A stretch of DNA of 64,000 nucleotides, taken from assembly GCA_951406725.2 (NCBI GenBank), contig OX597822.1, positions 22,878,001 to 22,942,000 on the forward strand, read 5' to 3'. Source of the stretch: Octopus vulgaris (taxonomy: Eukaryota). This document shows positions 13,970 through 26,529 of the stretch, piece after piece. Each line of letters opens with the position of its first letter. The first letter of the stretch is position 1. The notes under the pieces were generated by a model. The model was given only the letters and a program-made list of their open reading frames with translations. It was not told where the DNA came from and made no database searches. The position numbers and the translations under genes are program-made.

Positions 13970-14371
13970 AATTGAGATAGGGGTTGTAAATGCAACCCTC
14001 CATGGGATAACATATATCCAATATATTGCTAGTGAAGTACCCAACAAAGTTAATACATAAATGTTAAGAATTGCGATACAATTAATTCATTTATTGTATT
14101 ATATGGGCAAAGGTAAAATGTTTTACCACAAATTCATAATACAAAATAAGAAAATGGAGAAATACATCGAAATCAAATATCAATTACCAGATAATACTCA
14201 ATCACATACTTTATTAAACCACCACATAAGAAACTATAAGGTTAAACATAATAATGTTGGGTAAAACAGTGTACATGAAGGAGTGTACATAAAATAGTAA
14301 TATTATACAATAAGTAGAATACGTATAATAGAAAATAAATATAAGTACACATAAATATAAATATAGACTAT

Positions 14372-14498
14372 ATCTTACAGCTGTTTCGGCCATGTAGATA
14401 AGCATGTCTCATTTAACTTATATTAGCCATTTATGGTAGGTCAATATGTAGTTATAAATGAGATATTTACAAAAACATCCTAAGGCCTCTTCGGAGAT
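14372..14498 (-). ncRNA. Hammerhead-like motif, inverted copy
   Basis: minus strand: atct CCGAAGA ggcc [92 nt] ggcc GAAA cagctg TA agat. Confidence 0.7.
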
Positions 14499-15164
14499 TA
14501 CAAATTAGATTACATACATACTTATATAGGTGTGGGTACATACCCATAATAAAACATATACATATACATATGAGTGCATATACTCATACTCCTATACATA
14601 ATGATATAAATAATATAAATTAATAAACATACACATGCTCCACATTCAATGTCCCAGTTTTTCAACTTAATGTTGTGATAATTACAATGTAGAAAAACAT
14701 ACACATATTAATACCTAAATGCAGATATAGAGAGTCAAGATTGGTATTGTAATACTATTGTGACTATATTGCTAATAATGGAATTTATGTATTATTTCTC
14801 TAGTATTAGTGTTATTAATAATAATATGAATGATGATATTGGTAGCATTAGTGGTATCGACAAGGATAATGATGCTAACATTAATGACATTTTGGAAATT
14901 AATAAGAACTAATAGAATGTAATCTTGACTCTCTATATCTGCATTTAGGTATTAATATGTGTATGTTTTTCTAGATTGTAATTATCACAACATTAAGTTG
15001 AAAAACTGTAACAGTGAATGTGGAGCATATGTATGTTTATTAATTTATATTATTTATATCAATATGTATAGGAGTATGAGTATATGCACTCATATGTATA
15101 TGTATATGTTTTATTATGGGTATGTACCCACACCTATATAAGTATGTATGTAATCTAATTTGTA

Positions 15165-15291
15165 ATCTCCGAAGAGGCCTTAGGATGTTTTTGTAAATGT
15201 CTCATTTATAACTACATATTGACCTACCATAAATGGCTGATATAAGTTAAATGAGGCATGCTTATCTACATGGCCGAAACAGTTGTAAGAT
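15165..15291 (+). ncRNA. Type I hammerhead ribozyme-like motif (CCGAAGA core, extended stem II)
   Basis: atct CCGAAGA ggcc [92 nt] ggcc GAAA cagttg TA agat. Confidence 0.7.
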
Positions 15292-15619
15292 ATAGTCTAT
15301 ATTTATATTTATGTGTACTTATATTTATTTTCTATTATATGTATTCTACTTATTGTATAAGATTACTATTTTATGTACACTCCTTCATGTACACTGTTTT
15401 ACCCAACATTATTATGTTTAACCTTATAGTTTCTTATGTGGTGGTTTAATAAAGTATGTGATTGAGTATTATCTGGTAATTGATATTTGATTTGGGTGTA
15501 TTTCTCAATTTTCTTATTTTTATATATATATATATGTGTGTGTGTGTGTTTGTGTATGTATGTATATATATATATGTATATATGCATATATATATGTATG
15601 CATATACATATATGTGTGT

Positions 15620-15703
<84 letters not shown>

Positions 15704-17024
15704 TAACAAGGTAGTCGGAATGCTGGATGATTATATATATTTTCATTTACATTTTTAGCACTTTCTTCCATTATGAGATTCATAAAAAAAGTGGTTTACA
15801 GTCAGTTTGCTTTGTCTTTTTATATAAAATCAAAACTGATGATGTTTTAGAAAGGGAGAGAGGGTGGGGAACGAATTAGAAAGGAAGGTGCAGGTGTGAG
15901 GGAGGAGGAGAAAGTGGGAGATAGTGAAGGCAGAGAAGAGAAAAGAAAGTAGAATGAGTGTTTTGTGTGGTTTGTGAAGGAATGGAAAAGAAAGAAAAAA
16001 GTTTGAGAGAAAGGGGAAGGTAAAGGAGGCATGGCTTTTGTATCAGTGTGGACATTGTTGGTTTTTTCCTTTTGGGAGGGGAAGAAACCAAAAACCTTTA
16101 AAGTCACAACTTTGGAACAAGCTTCTGAATCAATGCAAGCATGTTTATTGGAAGAGCATTCATTGCAACAATATAGCTAACACATACCAAAATTGGCGAA
16201 GCAAGGAGAACCCAATCCTCCCCAGGAAATTTCTTATTAAAGAAATAAAAGGTGAAGCACTGGAAGAAACTATGATATATGTGAACATAGCACTATGCTG
16301 TCTGGAAGTAGAAATATCTCTTCTCCAAGCACGAAAAGTATGGCAGGAAAAGAAGGTCCCAACCACTGATACAATCATATTTGCCGAAATCTCTGAAAGA
16401 AATGACAACCAGAATTTAGAAAAGCTGCAACAACTATGGAAACAAGACAATAAACAAGAAGAAGAATGTGGGGAAAAAAACAGGATTGGTTCACTAACTG
16501 TGGAAAAAACTATGGAGAAAAATCCATAATGAAAACAAAACCAGCACAACAAAAAAAAATATATTAAAATCAAAAAATAACACAAACACCGACCCCAGAG
16601 GATTGAAACAAGAATATCGGATCCCCAGACATCCAAAAACATATGCAGAAAATAACTCCAACTTATCTCAAATACAGATTAGAAACCTGTACTCTACGAT
16701 AGCAACCCTTCATACTGTGATTAACAAATACACAGAATATAAAAAAAACAACCATCAACTAAATATTCTAGATGGAGGAACACATGGGAAGAAAGACAAG
16801 CAAAATACAGACAACCATTAACTCATAATACTGAATGACTTAGAGGGATGAACACATAGGAAGAAAGACAAGTGGGAAACTATAATATAAAAATCTTAAT
16901 GAAAACTCAAGAAACCTATGATATACAACCACCATTCCCACATGGCCCAATAAACATAGAAGATTGGAGGAAGACAACTACTATGGAAATATATACAGGC
17001 AACATGAACTGTTCCCTCACCTAC

Positions 17025-18124
17025 AAGGAAACCTGAACCCCAGAAATAGAAATTGGAAACATAACAATACAACTCCTTTTTTTAGGGAGAAAATGCTACA
17101 ACTATGCTCCAAACCCAATACAACAGAAGTTCCTAATGAACCCACAAAACACATAGACCCTAAAATTATAAATTTATCAAATAGAGACCTCAACAAAAAT
17201 GAAATGAGCCCCCTATTAAAAGGTTACAAATTTACTCAACACCCACTCTGAATCTCATAGAGCTAAAAACCAATATTGAGAACTTCAACCATCACCTCCG
17301 CATTATAGAATTCTTTGATAATAAGAAAGTAGAGGTTGAATTAATCATAAAAAAAAATCTCATTCCACTCCTTACAAGGTGGGCGACAAACACCTAGATA
17401 CATATATATAAACAATCTTGAAATACCCTCTCAGTACCTGTAAATGCAAACAGCCTTCGTGAAGGAGAAAAGGAAGCTTTACAAAGACTAAAGAACGACA
17501 ATTTAATCATCCTTAAGGAAGCCGACAAGGGTGGGGTGATAATAATCATTGATACAGACTACAACAAAGGAAACAAAGGAAACCTGAACCCCAGAAATAG
17601 AAATTGGAAACATAACAATACAACTCCTTTTTTTAGGGAGAAAATGCTACAACTATGCTCCAAACCCAATACAACAGAAGTTCCTAATGAACCCACAAAA
17701 CACATAGACCCTAAAATTATAAATTTATCAAATAGAGACCTCAACAAAAATGAAATGAGCCCCCTATTAAAAGGTTACAAATTTACTCAACACCCACTCT
17801 GAATCTCATAGAGCTAAAAACCAATATTGAGAACTTCAACCATCACCTCCGCATTATAGAATTCTTTGATAATAAGAAAGTAGAGGTTGAATTAATCATA
17901 AAAAAAAAATCTCATTCCACTCCTTACAAGGTGGGTGACAAACACCTAGATACATATATATAAACAATCTTGAAATACCCTCTCAGTACCTGTAAATGCA
18001 AACAGCCTTCGTGAAGGAGAAAAGGAAGCTTTACAAAGACTAAAGAACGACAATTTAATCATCCTTAAGGAAGCCGACAAGGGTGGGGTGATAATAATCA
18101 TTGATACAGACTACAACAAAGAAA
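17025..18124 (+). repeat. ~551-bp near-identical tandem duplication inside the PLE RT
   Basis: Identical peptides in ORFs 16964-17251 and 17536-17802 (offset 551). Confidence 0.95.
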
Positions 18125-18723
18125 AAATACTAGAAATTTTAACAGATCAAACATACTATAAAGAAGAATCAAAACACCCAGAAAAAGCAACACTGAATAA
18201 AATCAGAACATTAATTAATGAATACCAGGATTCCTTCACAGACAAAGAAAAAGACTATATATGCAACTCCATAACCAAAGAGAGCACTTACTACAGATTG
18301 CCCAAAATCCACAAAAGTTCTGAGATACAGAGGGCCTAAATGAACAGTGGAGCTACTATGTAAAAATACAAAGACAGACCTCAAAATGAGACCAATAGTT
18401 GCTGGGCCCCAAGCCCCAAACAACAACGTAGTCACGTCTTTAACATACTCCTCAAACCCTTATGCCCATTAATACCCAGCTATATACAGGATGACATGGA
18501 CTTTCTCAAACACATCCCAACTATTGTCCCAGAAGGTACTATACTTGCAAATTTTGACGTCACTAACCTTTATACCAACATACCTCATACCTTGAGCTTG
18601 GAGGCAGTCAAACACTGGGTAGAGAGACACAGAAGATGTATAGATGACTGTTTCAAAACAGACTTCATTACCAAAGCCATTTGTTTAGTACTAGAAGAAA
18701 ACACCTTCAGATTTATTACAAAA

Positions 18724-19294
18724 CTAGCAGTATCGCCCAGCATTGCTCGGGTTTGTAAGGGAAATAACTATATAAGCATTTTTAGAGAGTTATAGCCAAA
18801 AATAGCAAAAAAAAATGCATTAAAAATGGAAAAAAAATTATGGTAAATTTTTTTTTTTAATCGTTGACTCATTGTAGACATTTTCTGTTTTGGTGTCTTC
18901 AATCCATGAAGTCGTTGTTCTAAAAGAACGCTGGTCTCCTTGACAACGCTTTACGACGTTGATTTCTTTACACTCCCTTCCCCACAGCTTCACGAGGGAG
19001 GGAAGAAGGGGAAGAAGCAAACACAGGTGCAGGTGTTTGAGCGTGGACGCCAACTCCGCCGCCATCGACACACAATGCATTTTATGCATTAAAATGGAAT
19101 AAAAAATGATGTTAAATTATTTTTAAAATCGTAGACTCATCGTAGACGCGCGCTAATAGCCAGACGGGCTCGATATTAATCACGACTATAAGATACCCGA
19201 ATTTGGTTAAACTGCACCACAAAATGTGGGAGGAGTTAGGAATCTAAATGGAAGGGGACAGACACTCACACAACTACAGTTTTATATATATAGA
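18724..19294 (-). mobile_element. Non-autonomous Helitron nested in the PLE RT
   Basis: Minus strand starts TC and ends CTAG after a GC-rich hairpin; inserted between A and T with no TSD; flanks rejoin as the RT segment ...ENTFRF/IY.QLKGMAMG. Confidence 0.85.
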
Positions 19295-20008
19295 TATACT
19301 GACAGTTAAAGGGTATGGCTATGGGTACAAAATTTGCACCTTCATATGCCAACTTAGTCATAGGTTACTTAGAAGGTAAACTTTACAAGGAAGTATGAAA
19401 AATCTTTGATCACAACTTCAAGGAAAACATTATGAAGAAGTGGAAACGCTACCTCCATGACTGCTTCATTTTTTAGGATAGACCAAAAGAAGACCTACAA
19501 ACATTTCACAACATCCTCAACATACTGCACCCATCTATCAAATTCCCAACAAAAACCCAGCTACAATGAACTACCATTCCTAGACATTCACATCAAAATA
19601 CAATTTCAATGTTACAACAGGCATATTTTATAAAAAAACGGACACACACCAATATTTAAATTTCTACTCTTGCCACCCCTCACATCAAAAAGAACATCCC
19701 ATGCAGTGTGGCAAGACACATCTGCACCATAGTAATTGACCTACAAATACACCAAATTAGACTTGATGAACTCAAAAACTTCCTACAAGAACAAAATTAC
19801 CCTGTGAAAGTAATAAATAATGAAATCTCAAAAGCGATGAAATTAGACATCACACAACTAAGAACTCTAAAAGAAAAAAAAGCAAGGAACATGCTTTTCC
19901 ATTTATTAATACACACAACCGTGGAGTAACCAATATTTTCCACATTATACAATCAAACCTACTAATACTCTTACAGGGACCCAAAATGAGAAACCTGATA
20001 GATAAATG

Positions 20009-20970
20009 CTACCTACAAAATAGTAAACGCCATGTAACTTGAACCAGAACTTCTTTTTTTGTAAGGCAGACTTCGAACTTGTCTGCATGATTCAGAGCAT
20101 CTGGAGGGCAATATGTAGTACATGTAACTACATTGAGTTGTCTTGTATATACAATTGGTGTGTCACATACTGAATCTGAATGTGACAAAAGGACCTGGGG
20201 TGTAAGGTCTTCATGGATGTACATAGCAACTCCACCATGACTCCTTTCTTTTCTTTCAGTCCTTACTATGACATACTGTGGTATGTGTATTTCTGCATTT
20301 GCTATATCTGGTTTCAGGTGTGTTTCCATAAGTTCTATGCATAAGGCTTGATTGCATGTAACAAGGTCTCTCAGGAAAGGAATTTTTGTCTTGTTATTAA
20401 GTGTTACCAGTCCTCTGATATTCAGTAAGAGCACCGATGTGATGTCTGTGTTGTTTCCAGTGGTATTCACCTTGAGTCCATTTGCTGTGATGGTCTTGTG
20501 TATTGGGGATAGTCCCATCTATGAGATTGATGTAGCTAGGTCAGTTGCTGTACAATCTTTTGTGCCATACACAAAAACGATTGTTGTTCAACAGCTGCCT
20601 GTTCAACAACATGTTGATAGAACTGGTTTGTAGCATGCACTACTTCTGCATATTTCAGTTTTAGGGCAGATAGTACATGATCCTTTCCTTTTGGCAGATG
20701 GTTTCCACCCAGGGTCTTTGGGTGTGCAAAATGGCAGCTTGCACCTCCCTCTCAATGCCAGCAGAAACCTTTCAAGTAGAAATTTAGAATTTACACATGT
20801 GTGCTGTCTATTTTTATCCTTTTTGCTGTTTGGGCAGTCAGACTTGCTTCTTTCTTTGGTTGTTTGGTCTTTTGTTCTTGCACCTTTTGGTTAGTCTTTC
20901 TTGGCACTTTCACCTCCTCGATTTTCCACTTTGATGGTGGTAGAGGCACTTGCACTTGGGTTTTCTTTCC
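20009..20970 (-). mobile_element. 5' fragment of a CR1/L2-group LINE (APE endonuclease and decayed upstream region)
   Basis: LLNIRGL...ETHL...R..R..GGVAMYI...Y.PP endonuclease motifs in ORF 20009-20518. Confidence 0.8.
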
Positions 20971-21464
20971 TGGTATATATATATGCACACACACACACAC
21001 ACACACACAGCATCCAAGTTTGCCAGTTTTATCCAGTGTCAGTGAAAAACCAAAGATGTTAGTTTCTCATTGATGGATATGGGTATAAATTATTAAAATA
21101 ATAGAAAAAGAAAACAGAGAAACTAACATATAGACATCAATTTATTTGAAAATACATTCAATTCTGTACAATATCAAATTCCTTGCTCCTGCAGCTGTTT
21201 CTATGCCCAATTAATTCAATTTTAGGAACTGATAGAAAGAAGCTACATTCCTGTGTAGCTTCTTTCTATCAAATTCTTCCCCTGATGGAATGCCCAATTA
21301 ACAATATTCAAAATGAAAATTTAATTTAATTTCTCAAATTGAATTGGTTGGGCATGGAAATAATTTTGGTGCAATGGGTTTGATATAGTTCAGAATTGAA
21401 TATGTTCTAATAAATTAATGTCTATATATTAAATTTTCCATTTTCTTTTTCTTTTTCTCATATA

Positions 21465-22425
21465 TAATACAAAATAAGAAAATGGAGAAACACATCCAAA
21501 TCAAATATCAACTACCAGATAATACCCAATCACATACTTTATTAAACCACTATATAAGAAACTTTAAGGTCAAACATAATAATATAGAACAAAGCAGTGT
21601 ACATAAAGGAGTAATATGATACAACAAGTACAATATGTATAAGAGAATATAAATATAAATAAATATAAATATAAGTATAAACTATATCTTACAGCTGTTT
21701 CGGCCATGCAGATAAGTATGTCTCATTTTACTTATATTAGCCATGTGTGGTAGGTCAATATGTAGTTATAAATGAGACATTTACAAAAATATCCTAAGGC
21801 CTCTTCGGAGATTATGAAATACAAACCAAATTACATATACACTCATATAAGTGTGGGTACATACCCATAATAAATCATATACATATACATATGAGTGCAT
21901 ATACTCATACTCCTATACATATACATAATAACATAAATAATATAAATCAGTAAACATACATATGTTCCATATTCAATGTTACAGTTTTTCAACTTAATAT
22001 TATGATATTACAATGTAGAAAACATACACATATTAATACCCAAATGCAGATATACAGATTCAAGAGTACATTATATTAATTTACAAAATGTCATTAATGT
22101 TAACATCATTACTATTATCATTACCACTAAAGCTACCAATATTATTATTCCTATTATTAATAACACTAATACTAGCAAAACAATATATAGATCACATTAT
22201 TAGCAATATAATAGCAAAACCAAGGACCACAATAGTACTACAGTACCATGCAAAGCATTAAATATCTGCATATACATACAAAATAAGAAATAAAAGCAAT
22301 CGGTTTACATGGTATTAAGTTCTGCAGGTGTATAGATGTACATACGAGTGCAAATTTATAATTTCAATTGTGACACAGTTGATATTTGATTTGGATGTAT
22401 TTCTCCATTTTCTTATTTTGTATAT
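21465..22425 (-). repeat. Third, more diverged copy of the pseudo-LTR with a short inverted end fragment (22380-22425)
   Basis: Direct match to 14139-14742 plus reverse complement of spacer 14743-14920. Confidence 0.85.
21686..21812 (-). ncRNA. Hammerhead-like motif, third copy
   Basis: Same core and stems conserved despite divergent flanks. Confidence 0.7.
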
Positions 22426-22603
22426 ATTATATATATATATATGCATATTTTAAAATTCTGTATTCATATAGAGTCTGACAAGCTGTCCACAAGGCTGCGA
22501 AACCTTTAGTAACTTTATATAAAATTTTGTTGCAATAATTACTGCTCTATTTTTTAGAGTGTGCTTCTTTCTATGTTTTTTTTATTAACTATATATATAT
22601 CAT

Positions 22604-23007
22604 TGGCGATTTTCTTTCTCTGTCTTCCCTTCCTTGGACCTTTCCTTTTTCTATGTTTCTGACGAAGAGCTCCACTTGAAACGTTAAATCCTCCTTCTTT
22701 CTTTCCTTTCCTGAGCGTCCAATAACACTATACTTGTTCCACATCCTCGTGTTGTTGTGTTTTCTCTTTGTTCAAGTTTGGATTAACTATATATATACAA
22801 ATATACATACGGATCATTGGCGATTTTTTTCCTCCGTTTTCCTTTTCTCTTGAACTTTCATCCGTCTCTAGCTTCTGAAGAAGAGCTATGCTTGAAATGT
22901 AAAACTACCTTTCTTTCCTTCCCTGAGTGTCTACTAAAACTTTGCATGTACCATGTCCTCTCCTTGTTTTTTTCTTGTCTTTTCCTCATTTTTTTTTTTT
23001 TTGAGAT

Positions 23008-23010
<3 letters not shown>
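22604..23010 (+). mobile_element. Two tandem ~190-bp non-coding elements, each with a minimal hammerhead-like motif
   Basis: Both start cattggcgattttt and end attaactatata; motifs at 22656-22688 (CTGACGAAgagc..GAAAcgTT) and 22871-22905 (CTGAAGAAgagc..GAAAtgTA). Confidence 0.7.
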
Positions 23011-23046
<36 letters not shown>

Positions 23047-23730
23047 TGGAGCTCTAAGTTTATAAAGCTATACCATATAGAATAATGGATTAAAAAAACA
23101 ACCTCTTGGCAGGGGAAAAAAGCTGGTTTCCTGTGGGAGGCGAACCAACTCCATTATATGTGTGCGTGTGTATGTATATGGCATGAGTAAGAAAGCAAAA
23201 ATACTGTGTATATTGAATTCATATTCTTAGAAGTTATAACAATTTATACGATTATTTTATTTAAGAATAATTATTTCATAGTTTGTTAAGGAAAACCAGA
23301 AGAACATTTGATGTTCCTCAAGCCATGAAAAACTAACAGTAGCATAAACTAATATTGGTTTCAAATTTTAGCACAAGGCCAACAATTTCATGTGCGGGGC
23401 GAAGTCGATTACAACGACCTCAGTGCTCAACTGGTACTTAATCGACTCCAAAAGGATGAAAGGCAAAGTCGCCCTCGGCGGTATTTGAACTCATAACGTA
23501 ATGACGGGTGAAATGCCGCCAAGCAATTTGCCCGTTCGGCGCTTAACATTAATATTGACAACATTTTTAACAGTAACATGATAATTCAGTTACACATAAA
23601 ATGAAACCATCAAGATACTGAGTAATACATATACCGAAATAAACGATAAATCGTTTCCAACATGTCCGCGGATTCAGGACTAAGGAAAAAAGTATTGACA
23701 GATCTAGCGATATATCTATATCTATTATTA

Positions 23731-23743
23731 GCTCCTAGACAAC
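23731..23743. promoter_or_regulatory. Candidate RFX X-box just upstream of TMEM67 ATG
   Basis: GCTCCTAGACAAC (reverse complement GTTGTCTAGGAGC) is an imperfect X-box at the start of a ciliary gene. The ATG also sits in an AAAATGGCG YY1-like motif. Confidence 0.3.
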
Positions 23744-23760
23744 AGGCGCAAACAACAAAA

Positions 23761-23959
23761 ATGGCGACATCGTACTACTTGTTTGTCATTTTACAACTTT
23801 TAAGTATCTTTTCTGTTCTGTCTAAATATTCTATTAAACTCGAAATGAAAAATGACTGCAACCAAAAGAAAAATACTCACGACCAATATTTTGATATAAC
23901 TCATCTTAAATGTCGTTTCTGTTCCCAAAATAACTCTATACAATCAGTTTCTAATGATG
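23761..23959 (+). CDS. TMEM67: Meckelin/TMEM67 exon 1 (signal peptide and start of cysteine-rich domain)
   Basis: MATSYYLFVILQLLSIFSVLS (signal-like)...QYFDITHLKCRFCSQ...VSND(G) matches the meckelin N-terminal 'QYFDIS.L.C..C' motif. Ends phase 1 at G|GCAAGT (GC donor). Confidence 0.9.
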
Positions 23960-26489
23960 GCAAGTTTATTATTTTTGATTTTTATTTACGTTTTCACTGT
24001 TTTAAAGAAAAAAATAATTGATGCATTTTTGACTGAACATTACCCCCAATTTCTATCAAACGTGTTGTAAATATGTATTTATAGAGATGAAAGTTAAAGT
24101 CGGTCTTAACTGAGTTTGAACTCGGAACAGTCGTGTGTGGAAAGTTTGTCTTAACTTTTATTTCAGGTTTGAGTTTAATTAAAATTAATATTTCACGACC
24201 TCACTTTCAAAAATCACCTGCGTTTCGCTAAAGTTTTTCTATTTAGAAAAAAAAGAAATTTAAATAACTTTTAGTCTTTTGTTTCGCTGTTATGTCTTGT
24301 AAATATTCTTCAATTAGAATTTACGTGACACATACATTTCCCGATGATATTAGCAGCACTTGGTGGAATAACTACAGATGTGCCCTCCCACCGATTTTGT
24401 CGCCTCATAAACTTCCAGAAAAATGGATACTTTTTAACGAAAGTTCCAACAAATAACCGCTTAGATTCTGTAGATTGAGTGTATCGAAAGATTTGTTGCA
24501 AAAAAAAGTTTTCGAGGGTTTGGGGAGTGGAGTTTCGAAAAATTCACGCAACCCGACCTTTTTCCCCTCATAACTTTCAGGAAAATGGGTAATTTTTAAT
24601 GAAATTTTATACAAATACTTTTCAAACGGCATAGATTACTATTATAAAGAAAGTTGTTGACACAATGTTTTGCGAGGTGGAGAGTTTCGAATGAGACGGC
24701 CCACATGTTGGAATTTCTCCGTTTGGTAAAATTTTCGTGTAACACCCGCACGATTACACGAAAATTTTACCCTCCGTTTTAACGGGCAATTTTTACCTTT
24801 TTTTCCACCTGCCTGTTTACGAAAAAAAAAAAAGGTTTGAACATTTATGATTTTTTTTTCAGTCCCGCCACTCGTCAACCACTCTGTAGCCCTGACTGAT
24901 TTTGACCAATTTTTATTTCATTACACGTTTAAAACCCACAAGAGAAACATTTTCAGGCATTCTTTCGATATAACAAATGTATACAAAATCAAAACACTTC
25001 ACTTCGGGTAATTCTGTGAAAGCAAATGACAATTCGATTCTGTTTTCTGCTTGGAAATTTGCCTATTTTACATACACACCTGAAAGAGGTAAGAACAAAT
25101 ATGCAAGGCTTTTTTTCCTTCAAGTTTAAAATGAGACATTGCTGGCATAATTTCGTTATGTCTATACTCCACAACCCAAGGAAATACCCGAAGTGAAATG
25201 TCTTGACCTTGTCGAGCTATATCGAAGGAATGCCTATTTTCAGTTAGAATATGCTTTTCATCTTTTCAGAGGAAAGAGTGTGATTCGGCTGCTGTTTCTA
25301 GCACGTCGCAAGACCACTCTCGTTTTTTTTCTCACTCAAATATACTCTTTACTTTTACTCTTTTACTTGTTTCAGTTATTTGACTGGCCATGCTGGAGCA
25401 CCGCCTTTAGTCGAACAAATCGACCCCAGGACTTATTCTTTGTAAGCCTAGTACTTATTCTATCGGTCTCTTTTTGCCGAACCGCTAAGTTACGGTTAAG
25501 TAAACACACCATCATCGGTTGTCAAGCGATGTTGGGGTGGGGGGGACAAACATATACACACACACACATGCATACATATATACATATACATATATACGAC
25601 GGGCTTCTTTCAGTTTCCGTCTACCAAATCCACTCACAAGGGTTTGGTTGACCCAAGGCTATAGTAGAAGACACTTGCCCAAGGTGCCACGCAGTGGGAC
25701 TGAACCCAGAACCGTGTGGTTCGTAAGCAAGCTACTTACCACACAGCCACTCATACGCCTATGCATTGATGTTTTTCAATATTTTTCTCCATAAACATAT
25801 ATATGCTATGAAAAAAAAGAAAATTTTTTAAATTTATTTTTTGAGTCCCACTCCCTGCCGTCAATTGTTTCTGTTTATTCTAAAATATTGTAGAGCCTGA
25901 GAAGGCTGTTGCTGGGATTTATCCAGAGTGATTTTAAAAAAAGCTATGTAAAAGATGATTTATTTTGATAGCATAATTTTGTTAGAAAATGTTTTTTTTT
26001 CCTTTCGCACACACATACGCAGCCTCGCTCGGTTGGGATGCGAGTAAAAATTTAAATTACTATTCTTTTTCTTTGCTTGTATCTCGGTAATGGACCACGC
26101 GTGTTACTTTGGCATTATCATTCCATAAAATGTGTTTATCAGAAGAAAAGTATTGAAAAGCATCAATAGATGTGAGAAAGAAACGAGAAGAGAGATCTGG
26201 GGATGTGTTAGATACAACAGCCAGATCTTCCTTAAATCATACACTTTTTCCTCTGAAAATATAAAATTTTTTTTCTTTTAACTGCTAGGTTAACCATGTA
26301 TTTTAAGTGCGTAGTGAAAAAAAAAATGGCCAAAATCAGTCCAGTTTGGGGGTGGACAGACACACACACACACATTGTATTTAGTAATGGTCATGTTGCC
26401 AGTTTAGCCAATAAAAACACACGCACTTTATATTTGGTGTTAATTTGCTTCAGCTTTATTTCTTTACATTAATATTAATCTTATTTCGG

Positions 26490-26529
26490 CCAGAGTTCTT
26501 TCGTCACACTTCTGTAACCTCATCAGTGG
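26490..26529 (-). ncRNA. Minimal hammerhead-like motif
   Basis: minus strand: cca CTGATGA g gttaca-gaag-tgtgac GAAA gaac TC tgg. Confidence 0.65.

Larger units (their letters stand above)
14142..15520. repeat. ~600-bp inverted repeat (arms 14142-14742 and 14921-15520), PLE pseudo-LTR-like
   Basis: Mirror-image ORFs in the track (14214-14405- vs 15258-15449+; 14522-14704- vs 14959-15141+); each arm has a hammerhead motif; lies just 5' of the PLE RT. Confidence 0.9.
16090..20008 (+). mobile_element. Decayed Penelope-like element, RT coding region
   Basis: IINLS, KEADKGG, YRLPKIHK, RPIVAGP, FDVTNLYTNIPH, GMAMGTKFAPSYANL, WKRYL(H)DCF, ELPFLD, TDTHQYL...SCHP: PLE RT motifs broken by stops and frameshifts; GIY-YIG domain not seen. 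Confidence 0.9.

Noticed and set aside
14214-15449. Duplicated small ORFs on opposite strands as a gene pair
   Set aside because: By-products of the inverted repeat in low-complexity AT-rich sequence.
23662-23760. Upstream in-frame ATG extending TMEM67 exon 1
   Set aside because: The signal-peptide-like stretch starts directly after ATG 23761, which has a good context; the extension has no recognisable homology.
24030-25260. CpG-richer stretch in intron 1, possibly a DNA element or intronic enhancer
   Set aside because: No termini, TSD or coding motif that I could verify.
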